Notes: a model not told the origin generated them from the letters alone. A stretch of DNA of 64,000 bases from an uncultured Candidatus Saccharibacteria bacterium (GCA_964437465.1 CAYTGI010000005.1:5203-69202); one strand, 5' to 3'. Numbered from the stretch's first letter, positions 9,129 through 19,596 are shown. Translations and numbers: made by a program.

Positions 9129-10598
9129 ATGACACGAGAAAAAGTTAAAGAACTTCTTACACCAATTACAATTTCAAAGGTACTTAGTAAGGTTAAGCAT
9201 GAAAATGCTGATCGACTTTGGATTGTAAAGGTGGATAACGGCTCAGGTGAAGAAGTTCAGATAGTAACTGCAGCAGATAACTTTAACAAAGGTGATTTAG
9301 TTGTTCATCTTGGCCCTGGAAATGTAGTTCCAGGTTGGCTGTTTAAAGAAGGTGAGGAGATAAAATTGGAAGAGAGAAAAATGAGAGGAGAAATTTCAAG
9401 CGGAATGTTGCTTGCAGAAGATGAGATAGGGATTGGAGAGGATCATGAAGGACTTTTAGTAATTAATAATGAAGAATTACAAAATGACTTAATTGGTAAG
9501 TCGATTTTAGAGGTTTTGAGTGAAGAGCAACTAGATACTGCTTATAAAAATGCTGATGTTATAGAAATTACACCTGAAATGCAGGAGAAAATTGATTTAA
9601 TTAAGAGAGATTTGGCTGAGATTATCGGAGAAGAAGATATTCCTGCAATCATAAATAAAAGACCTCTTAAGATTTATTGGGGAACTGCTCCTACTGGAAA
9701 ACCTAGTGTTGGGTATTTTGTACCAATGATTAAGATTTCAGACTTTTTGAAGGCAGGTTGTGAAGTTAAAATCTTACTTGCTAATATTCATGCATTTCTA
9801 GACAATATGAAATCCTCATGGGAAGTAGTGAACTACCGTTCTGAATATTACAAAATTATAACAACTGAGATTTTAAAAGTTTTAGGTGCACCTCTAGATA
9901 AGCTTGAATTTGTCGAGGGATCAAGTTACCAACTTGATGCAAAATACACAATGGATATGTATAAAATCGCCACTATGACAACAACAAACAGTGTACAAGG
10001 CGCAGGGGCTGAGGTAGTAAAGCAAGTTGAAAATCCTGTTCTGGGGGGTTTACTATATCCTATTCTTCAAGCACTAGATGAGGAATATCTTGGGGTCGAT
10101 GCACAGCTAGGAGGGGTTGATCAAAGAAAAATCTTTATGTTCGCAAGAGAAAGTCTTCCAAGGCTAAATTATAAGAAAAGAATTCATTTTATGAATCCAC
10201 TAATTCCTGGACTTGGTAAATCTGGAAAGATGTCCTCAAGTGAACCAAACTCAAAAATAGACTTCGAAGATACAGATGAAATTATTAAAGATAAGATTAA
10301 TAAATCATATTCTGAAGATGGGGTTATAGAAAATAATGGCTTACTGGCACTACTAAAATATATTATTTTTAGGAAATTTGAGGTTGATAATGAAACACTA
10401 AAAATTGAAAGACCAGAAAAATGGGGAGGAGATGTGGAATATAGTAATTATGAACATTTAGAAAAAGACTTTATTAACAAGAAACTTTCTTCAGTCGATC
10501 TAAAACCAGCGGTCGCAAGTACAATAATTCAGATGACTCAGCCAATAAGAGATAGAATTGGAAAAGAACAAAAGTTAGTTGAAAAAGCATATAATTAA
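9129..10598 (+). CDS. tyrS: Tyrosine-tRNA ligase, archaeal/eukaryotic type, with an N-terminal OB-fold tRNA-binding domain
   Basis: N-terminal HENADRL...MRGEISSGML; catalytic YWGTAPTG, LLYPILQALD, GGVDQRK and KMSSS. Confidence 0.9.
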   Translation: MTREKVKELLTPITISKVLSKVKHENADRLWIVKVDNGSGEEVQIVTAADNFNKGDLVVHLGPGNVVPGWLFKEGEEIKLEERKMRGEISSGMLLAEDEIGIGEDHEGLLVINNEELQNDLIGKSILEVLSEEQLDTAYKNADVIEITPEMQEKIDLIKRDLAEIIGEEDIPAIINKRPLKIYWGTAPTGKPSVGYFVPMIKISDFLKAGCEVKILLANIHAFLDNMKSSWEVVNYRSEYYKIITTEILKVLGAPLDKLEFVEGSSYQLDAKYTMDMYKIATMTTTNSVQGAGAEVVKQVENPVLGGLLYPILQALDEEYLGVDAQLGGVDQRKIFMFARESLPRLNYKKRIHFMNPLIPGLGKSGKMSSSEPNSKIDFEDTDEIIKDKINKSYSEDGVIENNGLLALLKYIIFRKFEVDNETLKIERPEKWGGDVEYSNYEHLEKDFINKKLSSVDLKPAVASTIIQMTQPIRDRIGKEQKLVEKAYN

Positions 10599-10688
10599 AA
10601 AGTAGCTTTTTGAGTAAAAACAAGTAAAAATTTTCACAGAATACTACTACTAGTGTAGTATAAAATATTATAGTTATTAAATTTATAT

Positions 10689-11705
10689 ATGGAACAAAAT
10701 CCAAACATGGAACAACAAAATCAACCTCAAATGGAGGATAATTCTCAAAAAAATAAACAGATGCTCACAGTTGGTGCTGGAATTGCAATTTTAGTAGCAG
10801 TTTTCGCTGCAATAATGGTTGCTACAAGTCCAAATGGGGACAACACTAATGATACTCCTAATCCAACTGATGATAACGAAGTAGTTAGAGATAACGATCT
10901 CGATGAAGATGATACTATGGATCCTAGCGATAGTATGCTAATCGAAGACGAAGAACCAATGGCGGGGGCAACTTTTGAACCTATGGCTATGGCTTCATTA
11001 GTTGACGTGACTCCAGAAGGAGGAAATGCTAGCGGTACTGCTTACTACACTGTAGAAAATGGTCAATATATGCTTTATGCAGAATTTATGAACCTGCCAC
11101 CTCTTGAAGATGGATATTTTTATGAAGGATGGGTTGTAAGACAAGATCCTTTTGAATTTATTAGTACAGGTGAGATTTATGAGCTCGCTGGAGTTCAAGT
11201 AAACGAATTTGAATCAAACACTGATTATTCAGACTTTGGAACATATATTCTAACTCTTGAACCTGATGATGGTGACCCTGCTCCTGCTGATCATATCGTT
11301 GAAGGAGCTTTTGAGATGTTGGATTTAGAAAGGGATAACGCACCAGTTCAAGAATCCCCTCCTGCAGCAATGGAATCTCCACCTGCAAACTCAGGACCTG
11401 GAGCATATGCTGAATACAACGAAAGCTTATTAGCAAATGCTAATTCTGGAGATGTTGTTCTTTTCTTTAAAGCTGATTGGTGTCCTTCTTGTAATGTGCT
11501 GGATGCAGATATTACAGCAAACTTAAGTGATATCCCAAATGATGTAACTATCCTAGATGTTGATTACGATGATAATACTGATCTGAGAGAGAAATATAAT
11601 GTAAGAACACAACATACTATGGTACAGGTTGATGCTGAAGGTAATGAGATAAAAACTTGGATAGGAAGCTTTAGTCTAGATGATATTTTATCTGAAATAG
11701 TTTAA
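10689..11705 (+). CDS. Membrane-anchored protein with an anti-sigma-K-like domain and a C-terminal thioredoxin
   Basis: TM helix; FYEGWVV...LTLEPDDGDPAPADH; ADWCPSC. Confidence 0.75.
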   Translation: MEQNPNMEQQNQPQMEDNSQKNKQMLTVGAGIAILVAVFAAIMVATSPNGDNTNDTPNPTDDNEVVRDNDLDEDDTMDPSDSMLIEDEEPMAGATFEPMAMASLVDVTPEGGNASGTAYYTVENGQYMLYAEFMNLPPLEDGYFYEGWVVRQDPFEFISTGEIYELAGVQVNEFESNTDYSDFGTYILTLEPDDGDPAPADHIVEGAFEMLDLERDNAPVQESPPAAMESPPANSGPGAYAEYNESLLANANSGDVVLFFKADWCPSCNVLDADITANLSDIPNDVTILDVDYDDNTDLREKYNVRTQHTMVQVDAEGNEIKTWIGSFSLDDILSEIV

Positions 11706-12439
11706 TGACTTTTATAGTCGTATCTTTTATCGCAGGTGTGCTAACAGTCTTAGCACCCTGCGTTTTTCCTTTATTACCAGTAATTATTGGTAATTCAGTC
11801 AGTGATCAAAATAAGAAAAGGCCTTTTATTATTATTGGTTCTTTAGTTTTCTTTATTATTCTCTTTACAGTCTTAATCAATTTTGGAGAGGGGGTACTCA
11901 GAATTCCAGATTCCACAATAAGAATTATTTCTGGAGGAATATTGATTCTATTTGGACTTACTACTCTATTTCCTAAACAGTGGACAATTTTGTCTTACAA
12001 ATTAGGATTTTCGACTAAAAGTGATAAGCTACTTCACGAATCTTCACAGAAGAAAGGGATAATGGGAGATATACTAACAGGAGCCGCTTTAGGACCTGTT
12101 TTTACAAGCTGTAGTCCAACTTACTTAGTGATTTTAGGATTAGCATTAGGAGAGTCAGATCAATTAAGAGCACTACTTTATCTAACTTCGTACGTTATTG
12201 GGTTAGGATTCATTCTTGTTCTTATTGCTTTAGGAGGTCAAAGGGTTGTAAAAAGATTAAAATGGGCTACAAATCCAGAAAGCACTTTCAAGAAAGTAAT
12301 TGGGGCAGTATTCATTATTGTAGGAATATTCATTATCTTTAGAATAGAAAAAGAAATTGAAGAGTTATTACTTCAGGTTCCTTTTATCGAAAATCTTTAC
12401 TCAATAGAGGCGGATATAGTCAACCAAACACTAGAATAA
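11705..12439 (+). CDS. CcdA/DsbD family transmembrane disulfide reductant
   Basis: LAPCVFPLLP and FTSCSP motifs; about 6 TM. Confidence 0.85.
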   Translation: MTFIVVSFIAGVLTVLAPCVFPLLPVIIGNSVSDQNKKRPFIIIGSLVFFIILFTVLINFGEGVLRIPDSTIRIISGGILILFGLTTLFPKQWTILSYKLGFSTKSDKLLHESSQKKGIMGDILTGAALGPVFTSCSPTYLVILGLALGESDQLRALLYLTSYVIGLGFILVLIALGGQRVVKRLKWATNPESTFKKVIGAVFIIVGIFIIFRIEKEIEELLLQVPFIENLYSIEADIVNQTLE

Positions 12440-12475
12440 ACTTGCCTTATCTTCTATTAATTGTAAACTAGGGGT

Positions 12476-13084
12476 ATGAGATTTATTAAAGGAGTTCCAA
12501 AAGTTAACCAAATAATTCTATATCTAACAGCTTCAGATATATTTACCTGGGGAGTATTTGCTGCAATAAATGGATTTGTCGGTTTGTACCTTGCAGAAAA
12601 ATTAGAGATTGATGTTGTCCAAATACTTGGAGTTGGTATAGGAATTTATAGTTTGGCCCAGGGAATAGTCCAGATTCCAGTAGGAACACTAATTGATAAG
12701 AATAAATCAGATAAGGATGACATTATTATTCTGTTCATAGGAGATATATTAATGGGAATGCCATTTTTATTTTTCCCCTTTATAGAAAGTGAGTACATTT
12801 ATTATATCTTACAATTTGTTATCGGTATTGGAGCAGGAATGAATGTAGTAAGCTGGCGAAAACTTTTTGCAAAAAATTTAGATAAGGATAAAGAAGGGCT
12901 AGAATATGGGACATATGAAACAATTATGTCCTTCAGTATAGCTTTTTTGAGCTTTCTAGCAGGAGTAATTGCAAATATTAATGAGAGTTTCTTTGACTTG
13001 GTAATGATATCAATTGGAATCTTAATTATGTCTGGGGGATTCTGGTCAATAAAAATATATAGAGCGAAAAGTAGAAAAACATAA
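12476..13084 (+). CDS. Half-size MFS-like transporter
   Basis: 6 TM segments; QIPVGTLIDK motif-A-like loop. Confidence 0.7.
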   Translation: MRFIKGVPKVNQIILYLTASDIFTWGVFAAINGFVGLYLAEKLEIDVVQILGVGIGIYSLAQGIVQIPVGTLIDKNKSDKDDIIILFIGDILMGMPFLFFPFIESEYIYYILQFVIGIGAGMNVVSWRKLFAKNLDKDKEGLEYGTYETIMSFSIAFLSFLAGVIANINESFFDLVMISIGILIMSGGFWSIKIYRAKSRKT

Positions 13085-13455
13085 TGTGGAATCTGATAAA
13101 AAATCTTCTTAAATCTCCTTATATCCTTGTCTACGCACTTACATCTCTACTTTTTTTACTAGGATCAGGATTTAGAATAGTTAGACAGCCATTGAGAATT
13201 ACTTTCAAGGAAGCTTTAGAAATGATTTTTGAAGAGTATCCAGAAGTTGAGGATCAGGGAGAGACTCAGAGATATTTCTCTGAACAAGTTAGTGGAACGT
13301 GGTATATTTCAATTGCATATTTAGATAATGAACAAAGAATAGAAGGTGGAGATTGTTTTAGAGTTACAAAAGATGATGTAGTTTATGTAGATAGTATTAA
13401 AATAAGCAGTTCTAGACCAACTAGAATAAATCCTATTACTTGTGAAGCTAAATAA
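13084..13455 (+). CDS. Membrane-anchored hypothetical protein
   Basis: N-terminal TM; two Cys. Confidence 0.6.
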   Translation: MWNLIKNLLKSPYILVYALTSLLFLLGSGFRIVRQPLRITFKEALEMIFEEYPEVEDQGETQRYFSEQVSGTWYISIAYLDNEQRIEGGDCFRVTKDDVVYVDSIKISSSRPTRINPITCEAK

Positions 13456-13457
13456 CT

Positions 13458-14465
13458 ATGAGCGGAAAAATTAATGATAGAAAATTAGATCATATTAGAA
13501 TAGTTTTAGAGGAGGAGGTTGAACCCATACCATCCTCTTTTGATTCATATAGACTTCCATTCAAAGCATTTCCTGAAATTGATATGGAAGAAATTGATAC
13601 TTCAACAAAGTTTTACGATTGGGATTTAAGTTTCCCTTTTATTGTTTCTTCAATGACTGGTGGTCCTGAAAAGGGGCTAACTATTAATTCAAACCTTGCT
13701 AAAGCATGTGAAGAAGTTGGGGTTGGTCTTGGACTAGGTTCAATGAGGGTAATTTTAAGAAAACCTGAATCAATTCCTAGTTTTGATGTAAAGAAATTCT
13801 GTCCAAGTGTACCTCTTTTTGCAAATATGGGAATTGTTCAGCTAAATTATGGGTATGGTGCGGATGAGATAAATAAAATAATTGATTCAATAAATGCTGA
13901 TGGAATTTTCCTACACGTAAACCATCTTCAAGAAGCAGTTCAACCTGAGGGAGACCTGAATTTTAAAGATCTAATACCAAAGCTTGGAGAAATATTACCT
14001 AAAATAGAAAAAAAAGTTGTTGTAAAAGAAGTGGGGCATGGATTTGACTATGAATCTGCAAAAGCTTTAGCTGATATTGGGATAGAATGGATTGATGTTT
14101 CAGGTTTAGGAGGAACCTCTTGGGCTTGGGTTGAAGCATATCGAAGAGATGATGATATAGGACACTTGCTTAAGGCAGAAGGAATCCCAACAGATGAATC
14201 TTTAGAACAGTGTAAAAAAATAGAAGGTTTAAATCTAATTGCTGGTGGAGGAGTAAGAAACGGAATTCATATTGCTAAATCAGTTTCACTCGGAGCTAAA
14301 ATTGCAACTGCTGCTAAACCTTTACTAGCCGCATCATTAGAATCAGTTGAAGCGTGCATTACAGTTTTAGAGATGATGAAGCATGAATTTAAACTAGCAA
14401 TGTTTAGTGCTGGTGTAAGTAATGTTGAAGAGCTTTCTAAATTAGAGTTGAAGAAAGAAAAATAA
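13458..14465 (+). CDS. fni: Type 2 isopentenyl-diphosphate delta-isomerase
   Basis: RKLDHI, SSMTGG, GSMR, QEAVQPEGD, KEVGHG and GGTSW motifs. Confidence 0.95.
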   Translation: MSGKINDRKLDHIRIVLEEEVEPIPSSFDSYRLPFKAFPEIDMEEIDTSTKFYDWDLSFPFIVSSMTGGPEKGLTINSNLAKACEEVGVGLGLGSMRVILRKPESIPSFDVKKFCPSVPLFANMGIVQLNYGYGADEINKIIDSINADGIFLHVNHLQEAVQPEGDLNFKDLIPKLGEILPKIEKKVVVKEVGHGFDYESAKALADIGIEWIDVSGLGGTSWAWVEAYRRDDDIGHLLKAEGIPTDESLEQCKKIEGLNLIAGGGVRNGIHIAKSVSLGAKIATAAKPLLAASLESVEACITVLEMMKHEFKLAMFSAGVSNVEELSKLELKKEK

Positions 14466-14467
14466 TA

Positions 14468-14533
14468 ACCCTACTCAGCCTCCCTCTTGATCAAGGGTGA
14501 GGAGATCCCGATACATCGGGATTGGATGGGGTG
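14468..14533. repeat. REP-like compound palindrome
   Basis: CTTGATCAAG-centred stem plus ATCCCGAT-AC-ATCGGGAT; resembles 31214-31251. Confidence 0.55.
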
Positions 14534-14548
14534 TAGTATAATTATTCC

Positions 14549-15616
14549 ATGGAAATAATAAAGGAAAGTGATGAGAATGTAGTTAAAAAAGTTGTAAAAG
14601 TTCTTAAAAGTGGAGGGCTAGTTGTTTATCCAACTGAAACTGCTTACGGAGTTGGAGTTGATGCTACTAATAAAGATGCTGTTGGTAAACTTCTTGAATA
14701 TAAGAAAAGACCTCAAGGAAAAGCTATTTCCGTTGGAATGAATGATGAAAAAATGGCATCAGAATATGTAGAGATAAATAAGACCGCTAAAAATATCTAT
14801 AAAGAATTTCTTCCAGGACCTGTTACTGTTATCTCAAAATCAAAAGGAAAAGTTGATGCAAGATTAGAATCTGAGAAGGGTACGCTAGGTATAAGAATAC
14901 CTGATAGAAAATCAATACTGGAGATAATAGAAAAATTTAATAAACCAATAACTACTACCTCAGCTAACTCAGCTTCAAAAAAGACACCCTACTCTGTTCA
15001 AGATGTTTTAGATACCTTGAGCCAGAAACAAAAGAAGATGATAGATTTAATTATTGATGGTGGTGAACTTCCCAAAAGATTAACCTCTACTGTCATTGAT
15101 ACAACTACAGATGAATTAAAAACATATAGGCAAGGTCAGGCTAAACTTGGGAATAAAAAAGCGATTGATACCTGTAAATCCAATTCAGAACAAGAAACTA
15201 TTCTTCTTGGAGAAAAATTTATGGGAGAAAATAGGAAATATTTAAAGGAGGGTGCTGTAATTTTCTTATTAAGAGGTGATCTGGGGGCCGGGAAAACCCA
15301 TTTTACTAAGGGAATTGCTAAAGCATTAGGAATTGAGAGGAATATAAAGTCCCCTACGTATACTTATGTTGAAGAATATAATATCCCCTCTTCTAGCAAA
15401 AAGGGAATGTTTTATCATATTGACGCGTGGAAAGTTGAAACTAAAGAAGATTTACAGGCTTTTGGGTTCGAAAACTGGTTGAAGGAGGGAAATGTACTAG
15501 CAATTGAATGGCCTGAGATTTTAGAGAATTTAGGTCAAGAATTTCCAAATGCAAAGATAATAGACTTAGATTTTGAAGTAAATGGTGAGAACAATAGGCT
15601 AATTTCAGAGTATTAG
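14549..15616 (+). CDS. tsaC-tsaE: Fused TsaC (YrdC/Sua5) and TsaE t6A biosynthesis protein
   Basis: YPTETAYG, KKRPQGK, LPGPVT, GIRIP and TTSAN, then LRGDLGAGKTHFTKG, SPTYT, HIDAWK and IEWPE. Confidence 0.9.
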   Translation: MEIIKESDENVVKKVVKVLKSGGLVVYPTETAYGVGVDATNKDAVGKLLEYKKRPQGKAISVGMNDEKMASEYVEINKTAKNIYKEFLPGPVTVISKSKGKVDARLESEKGTLGIRIPDRKSILEIIEKFNKPITTTSANSASKKTPYSVQDVLDTLSQKQKKMIDLIIDGGELPKRLTSTVIDTTTDELKTYRQGQAKLGNKKAIDTCKSNSEQETILLGEKFMGENRKYLKEGAVIFLLRGDLGAGKTHFTKGIAKALGIERNIKSPTYTYVEEYNIPSSSKKGMFYHIDAWKVETKEDLQAFGFENWLKEGNVLAIEWPEILENLGQEFPNAKIIDLDFEVNGENNRLISEY

Positions 15617-16863
15617 TTTCCAATATATCTTTGTCGTGCTTGTTCAAACTCAGAATTATCTTGACCTTCTACAGAGCTGAATGTGTCAACCTTTTGAACA
15701 TTATTATCCCTTACATCAATTTCATAAACCTTTATCCATTTTTCTGATTCAATCTCTGACTCTGTATAGAAATACTGATAGGTAATTGTACTTTGTCCGA
15801 ATTTAAGTCCTGATTGAGGTGAGATACAAAATGTTTGATCTTTATTTAAGCAATACGAGTTAAAGTTCGCAACAATTTCTTCACTATCAACATGAAAGAT
15901 ATTACAGTCAGCCTCAGTTTCAAACTCAGATTCAGGAATACAATCACCTCGTATTCTAAATCTTCCATCATTACTTATTAAATCAGTATCCATCCTAGCT
16001 TGTTCAATCTCCTCTTCTGAGAGAAGCTTTCCGCTTTCAATTATTTTTTTGGCTAAACTAAAATCAAATCCTGTATTTATCTCAACTTGCATCTCATCAT
16101 CACTTATAACTAGATCAGCCTCAGAATTACATTCGTCTGATTCCTCATAATTTACTGAAACAATAGCATATAAATTCTCTTCAGATAACTTGTAGAAATA
16201 AATGTATGATTTGTTTTCTTCAAAAAATTCAGAAGGAAATTCAGAATCATTCGGGCATTCAGAAGTGATGATACTTTCTTTCTTAACTGGATTAGATAGA
16301 GTTTCCCCATCAAAAGCAATATCAGGAAGCTCTTCGGAAATCTCAGCATCATTCATATTCGAAGTTAATAAACTCAGATTTTCTATATAAGCAAAGGCTA
16401 AGTAACTAAAACCATCATTACCAAGGTCATATTCAAGGATTGTGTCTGAACTGATACTACTTAAAAATGGTGATTGTGTATTATTTAAAGAAGATTGAAG
16501 TACCTGCTTTCCTTCAGGATATTGGAATTCTAGCTTTAGTTCAGCATTGGTGAAAGTGTTTACTAGGTCTATGTCAGATTCTTCAAAAGGAGGAATTTCA
16601 ATAAATTCTTCTACTTCTTCACATAGCTCTTCAGTACATACCACTCCCTCCTCTGTACATTCACATTCATTACATAGATCTTCTGATTGGAACTTATCTC
16701 CAACTGAGTAGTTAAAATCATTATACTCACATACTTGTTGATCTTTTTGTATATCGGTACTTGATCTAAAGAAAACTAAGCCAATTCCAACAAAAGCTAT
16801 TATGAGAGTAATTCCTCCTAAGATGATTACTTCTTTGTTTGGTTTTTCTTTAAAATTTTTCAT
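15613..16863 (-). CDS. Membrane-anchored surface protein with a pacifastin/vWC-like 6-Cys domain
   Basis: TM, then CEYN...CNECECTEEGVVCTEELC. Confidence 0.75.
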   Translation of the reverse strand: MKNFKEKPNKEVIILGGITLIIAFVGIGLVFFRSSTDIQKDQQVCEYNDFNYSVGDKFQSEDLCNECECTEEGVVCTEELCEEVEEFIEIPPFEESDIDLVNTFTNAELKLEFQYPEGKQVLQSSLNNTQSPFLSSISSDTILEYDLGNDGFSYLAFAYIENLSLLTSNMNDAEISEELPDIAFDGETLSNPVKKESIITSECPNDSEFPSEFFEENKSYIYFYKLSEENLYAIVSVNYEESDECNSEADLVISDDEMQVEINTGFDFSLAKKIIESGKLLSEEEIEQARMDTDLISNDGRFRIRGDCIPESEFETEADCNIFHVDSEEIVANFNSYCLNKDQTFCISPQSGLKFGQSTITYQYFYTESEIESEKWIKVYEIDVRDNNVQKVDTFSSVEGQDNSEFEQARQRYIGN

Positions 16864-16908
16864 AAATCCATCTAGAAGATAATACTAGATTTTAGAAAAA
16901 TTTAGAAG

Positions 16909-16932
16909 AAAGGGAGAACTAAATCTCCCTTT
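16909..16932. terminator. Hairpin, putative terminator
   Basis: AAAGGGAGA-ACTAAA-TCTCCCTTT. Confidence 0.55.
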
Positions 16933-16941
16933 GCTCTGGTA

Positions 16942-19194
16942 TTAATCAAATTTAATACTTTGTATTATTTGATCACATTCTGAGTAGTTATTATTGTTAG
17001 AAGAACAAGAAGCTACTAGTAACTTGTTTGAATCGTTTAAGTATCTAAAACTAGATTCAGCACAATCATTTTCCCTTGGAGCAACAATAGCTGGACAGTT
17101 GTTATCTAAGTAAACTTTATCTGTGTAGAAAACTGAATTTGTATCATTAAAGCTTACTCGATATAATTCTCCTACATTATCAATTTCTCCTATTAAAACA
17201 TAATCAGCAACTATATTTGGGTATGCCTCATAAGGAATTCCAATATCTAAAGTACTGTTCTCAGTACTAATTGTAATTCCATCAAGGTAAGTAGAATTTT
17301 CTACCACATTAAATCCGCTTGGAACAGAGAGATTATAATATTTTAACATAGCCCCAAGTGAATCTACAAAATCTTCAGTAGAAATAGTATAGGTTGTGCC
17401 ATAAGAAATTGGCTCGCCACTTAAATATCTCAAACTATTTAAAATCTCAATGACTGCTTCAAGATTTAATTCATCTACTCCTCTAACACTTACAGTACCA
17501 ACATTAACCTCAATTCCTCCAAAAATTCTTCCATTACCTTCACATAAACTAATATCTGAGTATATCTGTTGATTAACGTTGATTGGTTTTTGAGTACCAT
17601 TACATCGTCCGTCATTAGCTCTATTTGTAACAAAAAATGACAGACCATCCCCAGCAAAAGTTAGATTACTTCCTCCTTCATCTCCTGTCCCTTGAGTCTC
17701 ACAAGACCAGTTTTCAGGGATTGAGAATCCAATACCAAGAACAGAATCGTTACAAACTTTGGTAGCCTTTTCAACTTCTCCAATAGCTTCTATACTATTG
17801 AAAAATTCGATAGCCTCTTGATTATCATTTAAGAATGTATCGATCTCAATAACTTTATTTCCATATTGAAATAAATATTTATTAGGGAAGAAATCGGCTA
17901 TTCCAACAATACCTAACTTTGTAACATTTGTACCAAAAAGAGTAATCTCTTCTTGGGCGGTTATTCCATAGTTAGCTATACCTGTTGGTTGCTCAGCATA
18001 AATCCTCTCAAGCTCACTTATTCTATTTTGAACAGCTCCGTTACTATATGTAACTAGTACAAGAGACTCATCTACACAACCAAGTCCACATGGAAACCCA
18101 ACAAATCTTTCAGGAGTATAGAAAATTGTCAATGAATTACCATTCTCAAACTCGTTTTCTTGTATAACAAAGAATTTATTTTCAGTTGTAAATTGATCCT
18201 CCCCAGTTATAAATTCAATACCTTCATAGCTATCTTGTTTTGGTAAATTAAAGCTAATACCGTATTCTTCATAGGTGAATTTTTCAAAGGAAGTATTTAT
18301 TTCATTATCTTCATCCTGTTCTTGAACAATAGGGGTTGGCTCAGGTTCTGGGGCAGGCTGATTGTTATTAACAGCAACAGCACCAATGCCAATTCCAGCA
18401 CTTGCAAGTAAAATAGAACTACCAGCTATAATTTTAGCTGTTGTTGTGGCTAGTAAACCTCCACTAGCAGAGGCTGTAGCAACAGAACTTCCAGAAGAAG
18501 CTCCAATAGCGGCACCTGCAGCAGCACCAGTTAAATTTGTCATATTTGTTAAAGTAACACCTAAAGTAGATCCAACAGCTGAAGCAATAGCAGCCGAGCT
18601 CGAAGCGGTCATTGCATAAGCAGGTTGGACAGAAACACCTAATATTCCAGCTAGAATAATAGGTATAGAAACAGTTTTTAAAGCTAGAGATTTTTCTTCT
18701 CTAGAGACTGACAATTTAAGATCTTCAATCCCTCTATAAAATCTTTTCTTAACAGAATCAACACCCATTTCAACAATTGAAGCTATTTCATTAAAGCTCA
18801 TTTCATCCCAGATTCTCATAATAATAATATCTGAGGTCACTTCATCCATATCTTTTAATTTTTCTTCAATGTATTCAATTGTTAACCCATTCACCACTTC
18901 ATCTTCGAATGAGCTCATGCTCTTCTCAACCTCTTCCTCGAAATTTTCTGTATGAGTAGTATCTTTCGTGCTTTTTTTAGTTTGTTGGTTATAAATCATA
19001 TTTCGACTTACTTTAAAGAGCCAAGCTCTTTTGTTTTCAATAAAATCAAATTCCTCATTTTCAAATAAAGCAATAAACGCTTCAGATGCAATATCTTGAG
19101 CTTCTTCATTATTTCCAAGCCGAAACTTACAAAATCTGAAAATTTCAGGTGAATGCTCTTTATATACTTTTTCGAAAACTTGTTCTTTGTTCAT
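16942..19194 (-). CDS. ECF sigma factor fused to an Ala/Gly-rich linker, a TM segment and a large extracellular domain
   Basis: Region 2 (AQDIASEAF, AWLFKVSRN), region 4 (MSFNEIA...SVKKRFYRG), then hydrophobic segments and about 470 aa of acidic, Cys-containing sequence. Confidence 0.85.
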   Translation of the reverse strand: MNKEQVFEKVYKEHSPEIFRFCKFRLGNNEEAQDIASEAFIALFENEEFDFIENKRAWLFKVSRNMIYNQQTKKSTKDTTHTENFEEEVEKSMSSFEDEVVNGLTIEYIEEKLKDMDEVTSDIIIMRIWDEMSFNEIASIVEMGVDSVKKRFYRGIEDLKLSVSREEKSLALKTVSIPIILAGILGVSVQPAYAMTASSSAAIASAVGSTLGVTLTNMTNLTGAAAGAAIGASSGSSVATASASGGLLATTTAKIIAGSSILLASAGIGIGAVAVNNNQPAPEPEPTPIVQEQDEDNEINTSFEKFTYEEYGISFNLPKQDSYEGIEFITGEDQFTTENKFFVIQENEFENGNSLTIFYTPERFVGFPCGLGCVDESLVLVTYSNGAVQNRISELERIYAEQPTGIANYGITAQEEITLFGTNVTKLGIVGIADFFPNKYLFQYGNKVIEIDTFLNDNQEAIEFFNSIEAIGEVEKATKVCNDSVLGIGFSIPENWSCETQGTGDEGGSNLTFAGDGLSFFVTNRANDGRCNGTQKPINVNQQIYSDISLCEGNGRIFGGIEVNVGTVSVRGVDELNLEAVIEILNSLRYLSGEPISYGTTYTISTEDFVDSLGAMLKYYNLSVPSGFNVVENSTYLDGITISTENSTLDIGIPYEAYPNIVADYVLIGEIDNVGELYRVSFNDTNSVFYTDKVYLDNNCPAIVAPRENDCAESSFRYLNDSNKLLVASCSSNNNNYSECDQIIQSIKFD

Positions 19195-19202
19195 TTATCT
19201 AT

Positions 19203-19230
19203 AAGTCAAAATAAAATAAAAAAAGTGACA
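19203..19230 (-). promoter_or_regulatory. Candidate ECF autoregulatory promoter
   Basis: TGTCAC-N16-TGACTT just upstream of the sigma ATG. Confidence 0.4.
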
Positions 19231-19284
19231 AAAATATAAAAAAGGCCATCAATAAAGATAGCCTTAAATATTTGTAAAATTTTA

Positions 19285-19596
19285 CTATCTTCTACTTCTT
19301 TCCTGTCTTTCTAGTGAATCAATAATTCCTTGTACTGCACCGTCATCGATAACTTGATCGCACATTAATTCTGTACACAAAACTTCTCCATTAGCACAAA
19401 CACACTGGTTACATGAATCACCTGCAGGGAAATTATTTCCAGTTTTATACATTGCTCCATTATATTGACATGTATTATTACCCCTTTCTAAAAAGCCTTC
19501 ACTATCAATAACCATAAATCCTAGAGCAAGAGCTAATATAACCGCAAAAGTTGTAATTACAGCCATAATTAGCATTGGCGAACTTGGTTTTTTCAT
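19285..19596 (-). CDS. Membrane-anchored pacifastin/vWC-like domain protein
   Basis: TM, then CQYNG...CNQCVCANGEVLCTELMC. Confidence 0.8.
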   Translation of the reverse strand: MKKPSSPMLIMAVITTFAVILALALGFMVIDSEGFLERGNNTCQYNGAMYKTGNNFPAGDSCNQCVCANGEVLCTELMCDQVIDDGAVQGIIDSLERQERSRR

